A stretch of 64,000 bases of DNA from Blastocatellia bacterium (GTDB taxonomy: Bacteria > Acidobacteriota > Blastocatellia > RBC074). Positions 42,053 to 52,125 of this stretch are shown piece by piece. The stretch's first letter is position 1; each line of letters opens with the position of its first letter. The DNA lies in the NCBI GenBank assembly GCA_035560235.1, contig DATMAG010000120.1:3930-67929 (forward strand), read 5' to 3'. A program made the position numbers and the translations under genes. A model generated the notes under the pieces. It was given only the letters and a program-made list of their open reading frames with translations, was not told where the DNA came from and did not search any database.

Positions 42053-43549
42053 CTATTCCAGCGTGACGGTCAGGAAGATGAGCTGACCATCGCGTTCGAT
42101 CTGCAGCACGACCTCCTTTTCACCCTTCAGTGAACGCAGCGCCGAGGTCAGCTCCTGCGCGGTCGTGATGTTCGTCCGGTTGAGACGGTGAATCACGTCG
42201 CCGCGCTGCAGCCCGGCCTCAGCGGCAGGGCTGCCCGGCTGCACCTGCTGAATGACTGCGCCGGTCGTGATCTTCAGCTTCAGTTCGCGCGCGATTTCAG
42301 GCGTCACGTTTGACACCGAAACGCCGAGTTTCACGCCGCCCTGCTCATCGGTTTCCTTCTCTTCGGCCACGTTGCGGCCCGGACGCTCGCCAAGCGTGAT
42401 GGACGTGGTCTGAATGCGGCCATCGCGGACATACTTCACCTGGACGGTTTTGCCGACCGGCGTGTCAGCCACGATTTCAGTCAGCTGCTTCGGTGAAGTC
42501 ACGTGTCTGCCGTCGAATTCGACGATCACGTCACCGCTGCGCAGACCTGATTTCGAGGCCGGGCCGCCTTCGCTGAGGTCGCCCACGAGAACGCCTTCAG
42601 TGCCTTCAAAGCCGACCGATTTCGCCACTGCCGGAGTCAGCGTCTGCAGGTTCACGCCGAGATAACCGCGCGAGACTTTGCCGCTCTTCGCCAGTTGTGT
42701 GTAAACCTTCTTTGCCAGATTCGACGGAATCGCGAAGCCGATGCCTTCGCTGCCGCCCGAACGCGAGAAGATCATCGTGTTGATGCCGACGACTTCACCC
42801 GACATATTGACGAGCGGACCGCCCGAATTACCCGGATTGATCGAAGCGTCGGTCTGAATGTAGTTGTCATACGGGCCGGAACGCAGGTCACGACCGGTGG
42901 CGGAAACAATGCCTGCGGTCATCGTCTGTTCCAGACCGAAGGGCGAGCCGAGCGCGATCACCCATTCGCCCTGTTCAAGTTTCGATGAATCACCGAGCCT
43001 GGCAAACGGCAGGTTCTGCGCATCAACCTTGATGAGCGCGAGGTCTGTTTCAGGGTCAGTACCGACGCGGCGCGCCCTGAGTTCGCGGCCATCGGCCAGC
43101 TTGACCTTGATTTCATCGGCCTCACCGGCGACGTGATTGTTGGTCAGGATGTAGCCGTCAGGGCTGATGATGACGCCTGAACCAGTGCCGCGACGCGCGC
43201 GGGGTTCCATCTGACCAAAGGGCGGAAAGCCCGGAATCTGCGGGAAACCTTCCGTTTCGCTCCACGCATTGCGCTTCGGTTTTTCAACTACATCAATGTT
43301 GACGACGGCAGGTTTGACCTGGCGGGCAACGTTGATGAAGGCGCGTGAAAGTTCCGCCGGGGAAGCAATCGCGGCAGGCTGCTGAACGGTCTGCGACCGC
43401 TGCGCCAGCCTGTCGGGCTGAGTCTGCTGACCGAAGACGGGGCGGTGAAACATACTGCCCATCCCCAGTCCGAGCGTAAGCGCCAGCGCCGGAACCACAG
43501 TTCGCCCGCGCAGCGCCTGTCTGACTGAATCTCTGAGTTTCATTTCCAT
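42053..43549 (-). CDS. HtrA/DegP-family serine protease with two PDZ domains
   Basis: Catalytic triad contexts (TNNHVAGEAD, DLALIKV, GNSGGPL) plus 2 PDZ. The start is set at the MEMKLRD Met with an upstream GGAGAGG. Confidence 0.85.
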   Translation of the reverse strand: MEMKLRDSVRQALRGRTVVPALALTLGLGMGSMFHRPVFGQQTQPDRLAQRSQTVQQPAAIASPAELSRAFINVARQVKPAVVNIDVVEKPKRNAWSETEGFPQIPGFPPFGQMEPRARRGTGSGVIISPDGYILTNNHVAGEADEIKVKLADGRELRARRVGTDPETDLALIKVDAQNLPFARLGDSSKLEQGEWVIALGSPFGLEQTMTAGIVSATGRDLRSGPYDNYIQTDASINPGNSGGPLVNMSGEVVGINTMIFSRSGGSEGIGFAIPSNLAKKVYTQLAKSGKVSRGYLGVNLQTLTPAVAKSVGFEGTEGVLVGDLSEGGPASKSGLRSGDVIVEFDGRHVTSPKQLTEIVADTPVGKTVQVKYVRDGRIQTTSITLGERPGRNVAEEKETDEQGGVKLGVSVSNVTPEIARELKLKITTGAVIQQVQPGSPAAEAGLQRGDVIHRLNRTNITTAQELTSALRSLKGEKEVVLQIERDGQLIFLTVTLE

Positions 43550-43737
43550 CTGATCCTCTACCTCTCCTTTGAATGATTGACAGACTGCGCCGACGGACTG
43601 TTGTCCGGGGCAGTCGAAGCCTTTTGATGACAGGCTCAAATGTGCCGCTGTCCGGCGGGCACATTATTCATTCCTAAATCGAAGAAGGTGAGATGCTGCC
43701 AGGAGTTGAAGCAGAGAGCGGCTCAGGCAGGCTGTGT

Positions 43738-44688
43738 TTACGGGGTGGCATAATAACCTTCGCGAGCGCGGACGATCAGTGAGGGCAGTCCCTTCGGCGG
43801 ATTGATGCGCACTTTGATCTTCCGCCATTTGCCATCGCGCTTGTCGTTGAGCGGCACATAGCCGAGGCTGTACTGATGGCGCAGCACCAGCGCGATGCGC
43901 GTGACGGCGTCTTCGAGTTCTTCCCACGAATGCGGAAAGAAGGCCAGCCCGCCCGTCGTGTGCGCAATCTCTTCGAGAATCGTCTGGCCCTGCCGGTCAA
44001 GAACGCTGCCCGCCGCTGCGCCTTCCTCGCCAATCCCGATGCAGTAGATCTGCACATCGGATTCCTTCAGCAGGCGGCTCAGTTCGCCGTAGCTGTAGCG
44101 CGAAGAGTTATCCTGCCCGTCAGAAATGACGAGCAGCGCGCGTTTGTCGTGACGGCCTTCTCTGGCCTTCTCAACGCCCAGACAGGCCGCATCAAAGAGC
44201 GCCGTCTGACCGTTCGGATCAACGAGCGTGAGTTTGTTGATAATTGTTTCTCCGCCGGAGAAGCCTGAGAGCAGGCTGGCGCGCTGATTGAAGCCGACGA
44301 GAAAGAAGTCATCCTCGTCGTGGCTGGTTTCAATGAAGGCCTTGAGCGCTTCGCGGGCGCGGCTGAGCTTGTGTTTCATGCTGCCCGAGAGGTCGAAGAT
44401 GATGCCGATGCTCAGCGGCGTGTCTTCATCGCTGAAGAAATCAATCTTTTGTCTGACCTTGTCCTCGTAAACCTCGAAACGATCCCTGTCGAGTCCGGTG
44501 ATCTGCCGATTGAACTGATCCATCACCGTCACATTAACCGTCACCAGAGTCGTATGCTGCCTGATGACCGGCTCCTGCGTGCTGCTGCGCGGCTGCTGTC
44601 CTGATGAGGCCGGAGCGAGCAGCAGCAGTGCAGAGAGCGAAGCCATGAGCTTCAAATAAACCCGTCGTCGCTGGCCGCGCGCATTCAT
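43738..44688 (-). CDS. von Willebrand factor A domain protein (secreted)
   Basis: MIDAS motif DLSGSM and a signal peptide. Confidence 0.7.
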   Translation of the reverse strand: MNARGQRRRVYLKLMASLSALLLLAPASSGQQPRSSTQEPVIRQHTTLVTVNVTVMDQFNRQITGLDRDRFEVYEDKVRQKIDFFSDEDTPLSIGIIFDLSGSMKHKLSRAREALKAFIETSHDEDDFFLVGFNQRASLLSGFSGGETIINKLTLVDPNGQTALFDAACLGVEKAREGRHDKRALLVISDGQDNSSRYSYGELSRLLKESDVQIYCIGIGEEGAAAGSVLDRQGQTILEEIAHTTGGLAFFPHSWEELEDAVTRIALVLRHQYSLGYVPLNDKRDGKWRKIKVRINPPKGLPSLIVRAREGYYATP

Positions 44689-44880
44689 TCGTGTATCTCC
44701 CCGGAGAAACTTCGTCAGGCCGGCAAGCCTGGCGTGAGTTCCAGAAAGGCTGTCTCCGTTTGATCACGACAAGCCGACGCTTGTCGAACATCCCTCGCCA
44801 ATTACTCCCGCTGTTGAATGCCGGAACGAATGTCCGGCATCAGACGAATCCGGCACTAATCTTCACAAACGATGTGCCAG

Positions 44881-45037
44881 AGAGGGGGAGAGGAGAAGAG
44901 GAGAAAATGGGGATAGAGAGAAGAGGTAAGAAATCAGGAAGCGAGCAACTCCGAAACATAGTTCCGCCTGCCCACCCCTCTTCACCTCTTCTACTTTTCT
45001 CCTCTTCCCCTGTTCTCCTTGTCCCCTTGTCTCCCTG
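44881..45037. repeat. polypurine/polypyrimidine mirror-inverted element
   Basis: A 60-nt GA tract (GAGGGGGAGAGGAGAAGAGGAGAAAATGGGG...), a 30-nt spacer, then a 67-nt CT tract (CCCACCCCTCTTCACCTCTTCTACTTTTCTCCTCTTCCCC...) with a complementary core. Confidence 0.6.
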
Positions 45038-45197
45038 TCTTTACTTCAAGGGCCGGATTGTTTCAGAACAAGGGGTGTATGAGGCTGCGCCAGATGTATG
45101 CGGGATGTGCGCTCAGTGCGTTGGCGTACCGACAGGGCGAGGCAGCGTGATCTAAGTTCGGGCACACGGCACTGACATTTCTGCGGGGGAGATCAGA

Positions 45198-46694
45198 GTG
45201 AACAGAACAATCAACGGCGCACGACCCGGCAGGCTGATGCAGCGCAGCCTGCTGCTCTGGCTGGTAATCGCCTTTCTGGCGCTGCATTTGTTCGAAGGCT
45301 GCCGGAAGCGGGATGAAGTCTCGGAACTGCCGATGGCTGCGCCCGCCGGTTCGCCGCTTGTGAGCGGTGGCGCGGCGGTCTCTTATGCCGATCTGGTCAG
45401 CCGGGTCGCTCCGGCAGTCGTGACCATTCGTTCGGAGCGGCGCGTGCGCGCTCCGCAGCAGCATCCGTTCTTCGATGACCCGTTCTTCCGCGAGTTCTTT
45501 GGGGACAGGTTCGGCGGGATGCAGCCCCGCGAACAGATTGAGCGCGGCCTGGGGTCGGGCGTGATCGTGACTCAGGATGGTTACCTGCTGACCAACCATC
45601 ACGTCATTGACGGCGCTGAAGAGATCAAGGTCGAACTGACGAACAATCGCGTCTACGATGCCAGAGTCGTCGGCACTGATCCGCGCAGCGATCTGGCCGT
45701 CCTCAGAATCAACGCTTCGGGGCTGCCGCTGCTCGCGCTCGGCGATTCAGACCGCGTGCGGGTGGGCGATGTGGTGCTGGCCATCGGCAATCCGCTCGGG
45801 GTCGGACAGACCGTCACCGCCGGAATCATCAGCGCGAAGGGGCGCACGACCGGCCTGAGCGACGGCAGCTTTGAAAGCTTTCTGCAGACCGATGCGCCGA
45901 TCAACCGGGGCAATTCGGGCGGCGCGCTCGTCAACACTGCGGGCGAACTGATCGGCATCAACTCGCAGATCCTTTCACCGACGGGCGGCAACATCGGCAT
46001 CGGCTTCGCCATCCCGGCCAACATGGCCCGCAGTGTTGCGGATCAGCTGATGAAGCAGGGCAAAGTGCGGCGCGGCATGCTTGGCGTTTCGATTCAGCCG
46101 GTGACTTCTGAGATCGCACAGAGTCTGGGGCTGAAGGATGTGCGCGGCGTCATCATCAGCTCCATCGAACCCGGCAGCCCGGCTGAACGCGCCGGACTGA
46201 AGCAGGGTGACATCATCACGGCTTTCAATGACAGGGAAGTCAGCGACAGCAACAGCCTGCGCAATCTGGTGGCGAGCACTGCGCCCGGCACTGAAGTGAC
46301 GCTGACGATTCTGCGCGACGGGCGCGAGCAGCAGGTGCGCGCCACGCTCGGTGAACTGTCGAATCAGGTGAATCAGAATCAGCGCGGCGGTGAAGGGAAC
46401 TCAGGCGAAGGGCATTTCGGAATGAGCGTGACTCCGCTCACGCCTGAAATCGCTGCGCAACTCGGCCTGCCGCGCGATGCGCAGGGCCTCGCGGTGAGCG
46501 CGGTTGATCCGGCGGGCGCTGCCGCTGATGCCGGACTCCGGCCCGGCGATGTGCTCGAACAGGTCAATCGTCAGCCGGTGCGAACAGTGGACGAACTCAA
46601 ATCCGCGCTTGATAAAACCGGTGATCGTCCGGCGCTGCTGCTCGTCAACCGGCGCGGCAATCGCGTATTTCTGACGCTGCGCGCACGGCGCTGA
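45198..46694 (+). CDS. DegQ/HtrA-family serine protease with two PDZ domains
   Basis: TNHHVIDGAE, DLAVLRI and GNSGGAL, plus 2 PDZ. Confidence 0.85.
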   Translation: MNRTINGARPGRLMQRSLLLWLVIAFLALHLFEGCRKRDEVSELPMAAPAGSPLVSGGAAVSYADLVSRVAPAVVTIRSERRVRAPQQHPFFDDPFFREFFGDRFGGMQPREQIERGLGSGVIVTQDGYLLTNHHVIDGAEEIKVELTNNRVYDARVVGTDPRSDLAVLRINASGLPLLALGDSDRVRVGDVVLAIGNPLGVGQTVTAGIISAKGRTTGLSDGSFESFLQTDAPINRGNSGGALVNTAGELIGINSQILSPTGGNIGIGFAIPANMARSVADQLMKQGKVRRGMLGVSIQPVTSEIAQSLGLKDVRGVIISSIEPGSPAERAGLKQGDIITAFNDREVSDSNSLRNLVASTAPGTEVTLTILRDGREQQVRATLGELSNQVNQNQRGGEGNSGEGHFGMSVTPLTPEIAAQLGLPRDAQGLAVSAVDPAGAAADAGLRPGDVLEQVNRQPVRTVDELKSALDKTGDRPALLLVNRRGNRVFLTLRARR

Positions 46695-46910
46695 TTCAGC
46701 CGCATTAAGCTCCGGCACTCGGTACGTTGGCGGACAGACTGTGCGCTGTCGCTGCCATAAGCTTGTGTTTCCCCCGCCAGTCACTCCCCGGGAACAATCA
46801 TTCGCAGCTCAGTCAGACTTTCAGCGGCAGCCGGGCCTGTTCGCCGCCGGATGCTGTGGCGCGGCAGTCCCTGAACAACAGCAACAGACAACATCACGAG
46901 GAGGAAGATA

Positions 46911-47977
46911 TGGCAGACTATTATCGCAACTATGGCAGCGAGAGATACGGACGCCGCTCCGATGAAGACGATGAACGCTACCGGCGCGGGCGCAGTCGCG
47001 AGGAGGACCGTGGCTTCTGGGATCGCGCCGGTGATGAAGTCCGCTCCTGGTTTGGCGACGATGAAGCCGAACGCCGTCGCCGGATGGATGAGATGGAAGA
47101 TGAGCGTCGCTATGGCCGCGAAGGTTACGGCAGCTATGGCCGCGAAAGCTATCGCCGCGGCTATGACCGGGGCTACGGACGGGAAGGCTACTACGGCAGC
47201 GAACCGTACCGGAGCAGTTACGAGCGCGGCAGCTATGGCCGCAGCGCCTGGGGCCGCGAAGGTTACTCAGGCAGCCGCTACTCCGGTCGTGAATCAGGAC
47301 GCGAAGGCTGGTCAGGCGGCACTTCCGAGACTGAACGGGGCGCCTATGGCCGCGATTACGGGCGCGGCTATTACGGCAGCGGCTACGGCGGCGGTTATGG
47401 CGGCAGCGCTTACGGCACCGGCTCCTACAGCGGCAGTTCCGGCAGCTACACGAGCGGCATGGATTATGGCCGGTACGGAACATACGGCAGTGATTATGGC
47501 CGCGAGTATAGCCGCGACTACGGACGCAGCGGGCAGTATGGTTCCGGCGATTATGAATCGGAGCGTGGTTACAACACGCCTGCATCCTGGAGCTACACCG
47601 AGATGTGGTGGGTTCCGGGGCCATACACCGGGCGCGGGCCGAGCGGTTATCAGCGTTCGGATGAACGCATCACCGAAGATGTCAACGAACGGCTGCAGCA
47701 GCACGGACAGATTGATGCGAGCAACATCACTGTCAGCGTCAACAATGGCGAGGTCACGCTTTCAGGCACGGTCAACAGCCGGATGGAGAAACGCATGGCT
47801 GAAGACGTGGCCGAGTCCTGCTCAGGCGTAAGGGAAGTCCACAACAACCTGCGCGTCTTGCGTGAGCAGAGCCAGCAGTACGGCACTTCACAAACGCAGA
47901 CCGGCGCTCAGTCTTCAACTCAGCAGAGCCAGACCGGTCAGACATCCTCCACGCGCACCAGAACCACGTCCGGCTGA
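46911..47977 (+). CDS. SWFGD/BON-domain protein with long RG/YG-rich low-complexity region
   Basis: RBS GGAGGA before the ATG at 46911. N-terminal motif (VRSWFGDDEAERRRR), about 170 aa of G/Y/R/S repeats, the conserved block GPYTGRGPSGYQRSDERITEDVNERL, and a C-terminal BON domain. Confidence 0.65.
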
Positions 47978-48015
47978 GGTCGGAAGTGACAGATCCAAGG
48001 CTGGAGGTCAAAGGA

Positions 48016-48074
48016 AAGCGGGAGAACGCGCCGGACAGTTAATCTTGAAGCCCGGCAGATTCTCCCGCTTTTCG
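48016..48074 (+). terminator. terminator-like hairpin
   Basis: AAGCGGGAGAA ... TTCTCCCGCTT followed by TTCG. Confidence 0.45.
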
Positions 48075-48652
48075 CATTTCAGGGCATCAGAAGAGCAAAA
48101 TAAAAACGGCTGCCAGAATCATCCATCAGAAAGTGACGGAACTGATTGTGACAGCCGAAACAGTTTCGGGACGGGGTGGCACGTTCACCCATTCCATGCC
48201 ACCGGATGATGCCTGCATCCCGCCCGCCCCAAAACCTTCTCCAATCCTTATTGGAGGTCCACAGGCTCAGCCCAACGCAAACGCAATGCCTTGTCCCGCG
48301 GCTGAAGAAGGCTGAACTAAACGGTTCCTGAAACCTGATTGAGTGCTGTTACGCACGGGGTTGATGCACACGGGTGTACGGGTGTCTGTTGCGCGAACAA
48401 TGCGTGTGGCTGCGGGGTGAAAGCTGCCTTCCTGTCTGTCATCAGAACAAAGTGATCTGTTCAGGGACGAGGCCGGAACTTCCGGTCAGGCTCAGGCTGA
48501 AACGAATGTATACCGCTGCTGCCGCGACGGCTGAACCTGCGCGCTGTAACTGTACTGCTCGCAAAGGCTGAGTGCGTGCTCAGACTGACTGGCATTTTGC
48601 TTGCCTTGTCCGAGGCTGGATGTTCTGGAAAGCGTAAGAGGGTGGCATCACC

Positions 48653-49813
48653 ATGAAAATGACTTCGCAAAAACTGAAGACCATGAAAGCGGCAGCCGGC
48701 GCAGAGGGAGCCGCCGACTGGGTCACACTTAATGCCAGGCAGCGCTGTGATGAAGCGGGAATGTTCGAGCAGGAACTCTTTGCGCGGGTTGTGTCGCAGG
48801 ATGACGCGGTGCTGGCGCTGTCACAGCTTTATCAGCTCTATCTGGCGAAACTGAATCTGCCGGGCAAGCCGATTGGCACGCTGCTTTTTCTTGGCCCGAC
48901 CGGATCGGGCAAGACGCGGTCAGTCGAAGCCGCCGCCGAGATTCTCTTTGGCGATCCGTACGCGATGATCAAGATTGACTGCGCCGAGTTTCAGCATTCG
49001 CATGAAATCTCGAAGCTCGTTGGCTCGCCGCCAGGTTATCTCGGCCATCGTGAAACACAGCCGCTGCTGTCGCAGGACAATATTGACCGCTTTCAGACGC
49101 CGAACAAGAAGCTGACGTTCGTGCTGTTTGACGAAATCGAGAAGGCGAGCGATGCGCTCTGGCAACTGCTGCTCGGCATTCTCGACAAGGCCACGCTCAC
49201 GCTCGGTGACAATCGCCGCGTTGATTTTTCGCGCTGCGTGATTGTGATGACCTCGAATCTGGGCGCACGGGAAATGAGTCTGGTGACGGAAGGCAAAATG
49301 GGATTTACCCCGTGCGAGATCACCTCGCCGGAACTGAATGCGAAGCTCGAAAAGATCGGCATCGAGGCGGCGCGGCGCAAGTTCTCGCCGGAATTTATGA
49401 ACCGGCTCGACAAGGTGGTGGTCTTTCAGTCGCTGACTGAAGCCGCGATGAGACGCATTCTGGATCTGGAACTGGAAATTGTGCAGCGGCGCATTCTGAC
49501 CGCCGGACGCGGGCCGTTTGTGCTGCGCTGCACTGAAGAAGTGAAGGAGTTTCTGCTCAGGGAAGGCTTTGATCGTCGCTACGGGGCACGGCCTCTGAAA
49601 CGGGCGATTGAGCGCCACCTGATCATTCCGCTCTCGAATCTGATTGCAACCGGACAACTCAATGCCGGTGATGTGCTGGTGGTGGATGAGGATGATGGTG
49701 ACGGGGAACTTTGTTTCCGCAAGGCGAGTGGCGCTTCGGCATTCGGAATCGAGAGCGGATTGCATAATCCGGGCGGTTTTGTTCCCGCACCGGCAACTGT
49801 GCTGGGATTCTGA
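48653..49813 (+). CDS. stand-alone Clp/Hsp100 D2-type AAA+ ATPase
   Basis: A single NBD (GPTGSGKT; VLFDEIEKA; sensor/arginine finger) plus a C-terminal small domain. It aligns to the second ATPase module of ClpA/ClpB. There is no N-domain, D1 or ClpP-loop. Confidence 0.7.
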   Translation: MKMTSQKLKTMKAAAGAEGAADWVTLNARQRCDEAGMFEQELFARVVSQDDAVLALSQLYQLYLAKLNLPGKPIGTLLFLGPTGSGKTRSVEAAAEILFGDPYAMIKIDCAEFQHSHEISKLVGSPPGYLGHRETQPLLSQDNIDRFQTPNKKLTFVLFDEIEKASDALWQLLLGILDKATLTLGDNRRVDFSRCVIVMTSNLGAREMSLVTEGKMGFTPCEITSPELNAKLEKIGIEAARRKFSPEFMNRLDKVVVFQSLTEAAMRRILDLELEIVQRRILTAGRGPFVLRCTEEVKEFLLREGFDRRYGARPLKRAIERHLIIPLSNLIATGQLNAGDVLVVDEDDGDGELCFRKASGASAFGIESGLHNPGGFVPAPATVLGF

Positions 49814-49958
49814 AGAGGCACGAGCAATCGTCAACGTTCTGACAGGCAGCCGGAGGGCCTGAGCGGATTGCCGTTCAGCCCTCCCTCAGCCTGTCATCAG
49901 CCGGGTTACTCTCTGGAGTGGCCCGAATAAATAAATCAGCAGAACCCGGGAGGGACAT

Positions 49959-50621
49959 ATGAGGAAAAGTATTCTGGCTTTCATCGTGATCACGGCAATC
50001 AGCATGGCTCTTTATGGCTGTGCCACAACCAGCCGGGAAGGGACTGGAACCGGCACGGCCTCGCCTGCTGCAAAGATGTCTGATTCCGATCTGGAAAACA
50101 GCATCAAGGCGAAAATCAATTCTGATGAACAGCTCCGCGCTGCCAATCTGGATGTTGATGCCAATGCTGATCGCAATGAAGCGACTCTGTCCGGCACGGT
50201 CGAGTCTGAAGCATTGCGCACCCGCGCCGTTGAACTGGCGAAGAGCGCGCATTCAGGTCTGATCGTGACCGACAAGATTGATGTCAAACCGCGCGAACTC
50301 TCACGGTCGGAATACACCGATGAGAATGCGCGTGAAGAAAGAGCAAAGGCAAAGGAGCGTGGAGAAACAATCGGCTCTTCGCTTGACGATGCCTGGATTC
50401 ACGCCAAGATCGTGACCAAACTGATCGGCAATGCCAGTACGCCGGAACGCAAGATCAACGTGGACGTCAACAACAACGTGGTGACGCTGCGTGGTACTGT
50501 GGATACGGCGGAGGCGAAGATGGAGGCCGAACGTGTGGCGAAGGAAACCGAGGGCGTCAAGCGCGTCGTCAACCAGCTCAAGGTTGGTGCTGCGGCCAGT
50601 TCGACACCGGCCCATAAGTAA
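49959..50621 (+). CDS. OsmY-like lipoprotein with two BON domains
   Basis: Lipobox LYGCA and two BON repeats (...ATLSGTVES; ...VTLRGTVDT). Confidence 0.7.
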   Translation: MRKSILAFIVITAISMALYGCATTSREGTGTGTASPAAKMSDSDLENSIKAKINSDEQLRAANLDVDANADRNEATLSGTVESEALRTRAVELAKSAHSGLIVTDKIDVKPRELSRSEYTDENAREERAKAKERGETIGSSLDDAWIHAKIVTKLIGNASTPERKINVDVNNNVVTLRGTVDTAEAKMEAERVAKETEGVKRVVNQLKVGAAASSTPAHK

Positions 50622-50721
50622 TCATCGCATGATGTGAGATGCCTCCTTTTGGTTGATGGTCATAGTGGCTCAACCAGCTTCGGGCGGCGCTGTGGCGTCG
50701 CCCGCTTTTTTGTCAGAAGGA

Positions 50722-50787
50722 GATGACGGAACAAACGGAATGAACGGATGTTTTCGTGTGTTTCGTTCACTTCGTTTGTTCCGTCAT
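50722..50787. repeat. strong hairpin related to the GAATGAAC repeat family
   Basis: GATGACGGAACAAACGGAATGAACGGA / TCCGTTCACTTCGTTTGTTCCGTCATC arms. Confidence 0.5.
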
Positions 50788-50835
50788 CATTCTTCCGGCC
50801 CGACACCACTGCACTCGTGCTGAGTGAGCGCGAAT

Positions 50836-52038
50836 ATGAACAGAGGACTGCGCATAGGCCGGATTTTCGGCATCAGCATTCAGGTTGACGCCAGCTGGAT
50901 TCTGATTTTTCTGCTCGTGACCTGGAGTCTGGCTGCAGGCGTCTTTCCGGAGTGGCATCCGGAATGGTCAGGCTGGACGAACCAGGCTGTGGCGATTGCG
51001 GGAGCGCTGCTCTTCTTTGTTTCGATTCTGCTGCACGAACTGTCGCACTCGCTCGTGGCAAAGGCGCGCGGGCTGCCGGTGCGGCGGATTACGCTGTTTC
51101 TGTTCGGCGGCGTCTCAAACATCGAACGCGAGCCGCCAACACCAAAGACCGAATTTCTGATGGCCGTCGTCGGGCCGCTCACAAGCATCGTGCTGGGAGT
51201 CATCCTGGTTGCGCTGAGCACGGTCAGCCTTACCTGGCCGGAGGTCTTTCCGGGAGATACCAGGCAGATCATCGGCGCACTCGGCCCGGTTTCGACGCTG
51301 CTGCTGTGGCTCGGGCCGGTCAATATTTTTCTGGGCATCTTCAATCTGCTGCCCGGGTTTCCGCTCGACGGCGGGCGCATTCTGCGTTCGATTCTCTGGC
51401 AGACAAGCGGCGATCTGCAAAAGGCTACAAGATGGGCGGCCTCTGTCGGACGCCTCACCGGCTGGCTGTTTATTCTGACTGGCATTGCGATGGTCTTTGG
51501 CCTTCGCGTGCCTGTTTTCGGCGCAGGCCTGGTCAGTGGCCTGTGGCTGGTGCTGATCGGCTGGTTCCTGAGCGATGCGGCGGTGACGAGCTATCAGCAG
51601 ACAGTGATTCGCAACCTGCTCGAAGATGTCCCGGTCTTCCGGCTGATGCACTCGAATGTTCCGGTCGTGCCTCCGACGATGCCCGTCAGCGTGCTGGTTT
51701 ACGACTGGATTATGGGAACTGATGAACGCGCCTTTCCGGTGATGGAAGCAGATCATCTGGTTGGTCTGGTCTGCCTTGAGGATGTGCGCCGGGTGCCGCG
51801 CGAGCAGTGGGAGCAGACGACTGTCGGCGAGATCATGACGCGGCTGAATCAGCTTGATGTCGTGGCCGCTCGCGAAGACGCGAGCGAAGCGCTCGAAAAG
51901 CTCACGCGCCGCGACGTGCGTCAGGTGCCGGTTGTTGATAACGGACGGCTGGTCGGCCTGCTGCGCCGCCGCGACATCATCAAGTGGCTGCAGCTGCAGT
52001 CAGGCTTCAACCTGCCCGGCCAGAGCCTGCAGGCCTGA
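50836..52038 (+). CDS. site-2 protease (M50) family membrane metalloprotease with C-terminal CBS pair
   Basis: HELSH zinc motif, an LPGFPLDGGR second motif, and tandem CBS domains. Confidence 0.75.
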   Translation: MNRGLRIGRIFGISIQVDASWILIFLLVTWSLAAGVFPEWHPEWSGWTNQAVAIAGALLFFVSILLHELSHSLVAKARGLPVRRITLFLFGGVSNIEREPPTPKTEFLMAVVGPLTSIVLGVILVALSTVSLTWPEVFPGDTRQIIGALGPVSTLLLWLGPVNIFLGIFNLLPGFPLDGGRILRSILWQTSGDLQKATRWAASVGRLTGWLFILTGIAMVFGLRVPVFGAGLVSGLWLVLIGWFLSDAAVTSYQQTVIRNLLEDVPVFRLMHSNVPVVPPTMPVSVLVYDWIMGTDERAFPVMEADHLVGLVCLEDVRRVPREQWEQTTVGEIMTRLNQLDVVAAREDASEALEKLTRRDVRQVPVVDNGRLVGLLRRRDIIKWLQLQSGFNLPGQSLQA

Positions 52039-52125
52039 ACCGCCGGGATTGCTGAAACTCTGCTGCGGGCAATTCAGCCCGCAGCAGAGCGAGTCTGTGG
52101 TTACGGGAACGGCGCTGCTTTATCT

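Noticed and set aside
44691-45155. 154-aa ORF spanning the GA/CT mirror element
   Set aside because: The translation is an artefact of purine and pyrimidine tracts (poly-E/R/G then poly-S/P/L). There is no RBS and no codon bias.
46821-47831. Overlapping ORFs 46821-47624 (-) and 46932-47831 (+) within the SWFGD gene
   Set aside because: They are alternative frames of the GGCTAC/GGCCGC-type repeats of the RG/YG-rich region. Only the frame beginning at 46911 carries the conserved SWFGD and BON blocks and an RBS.
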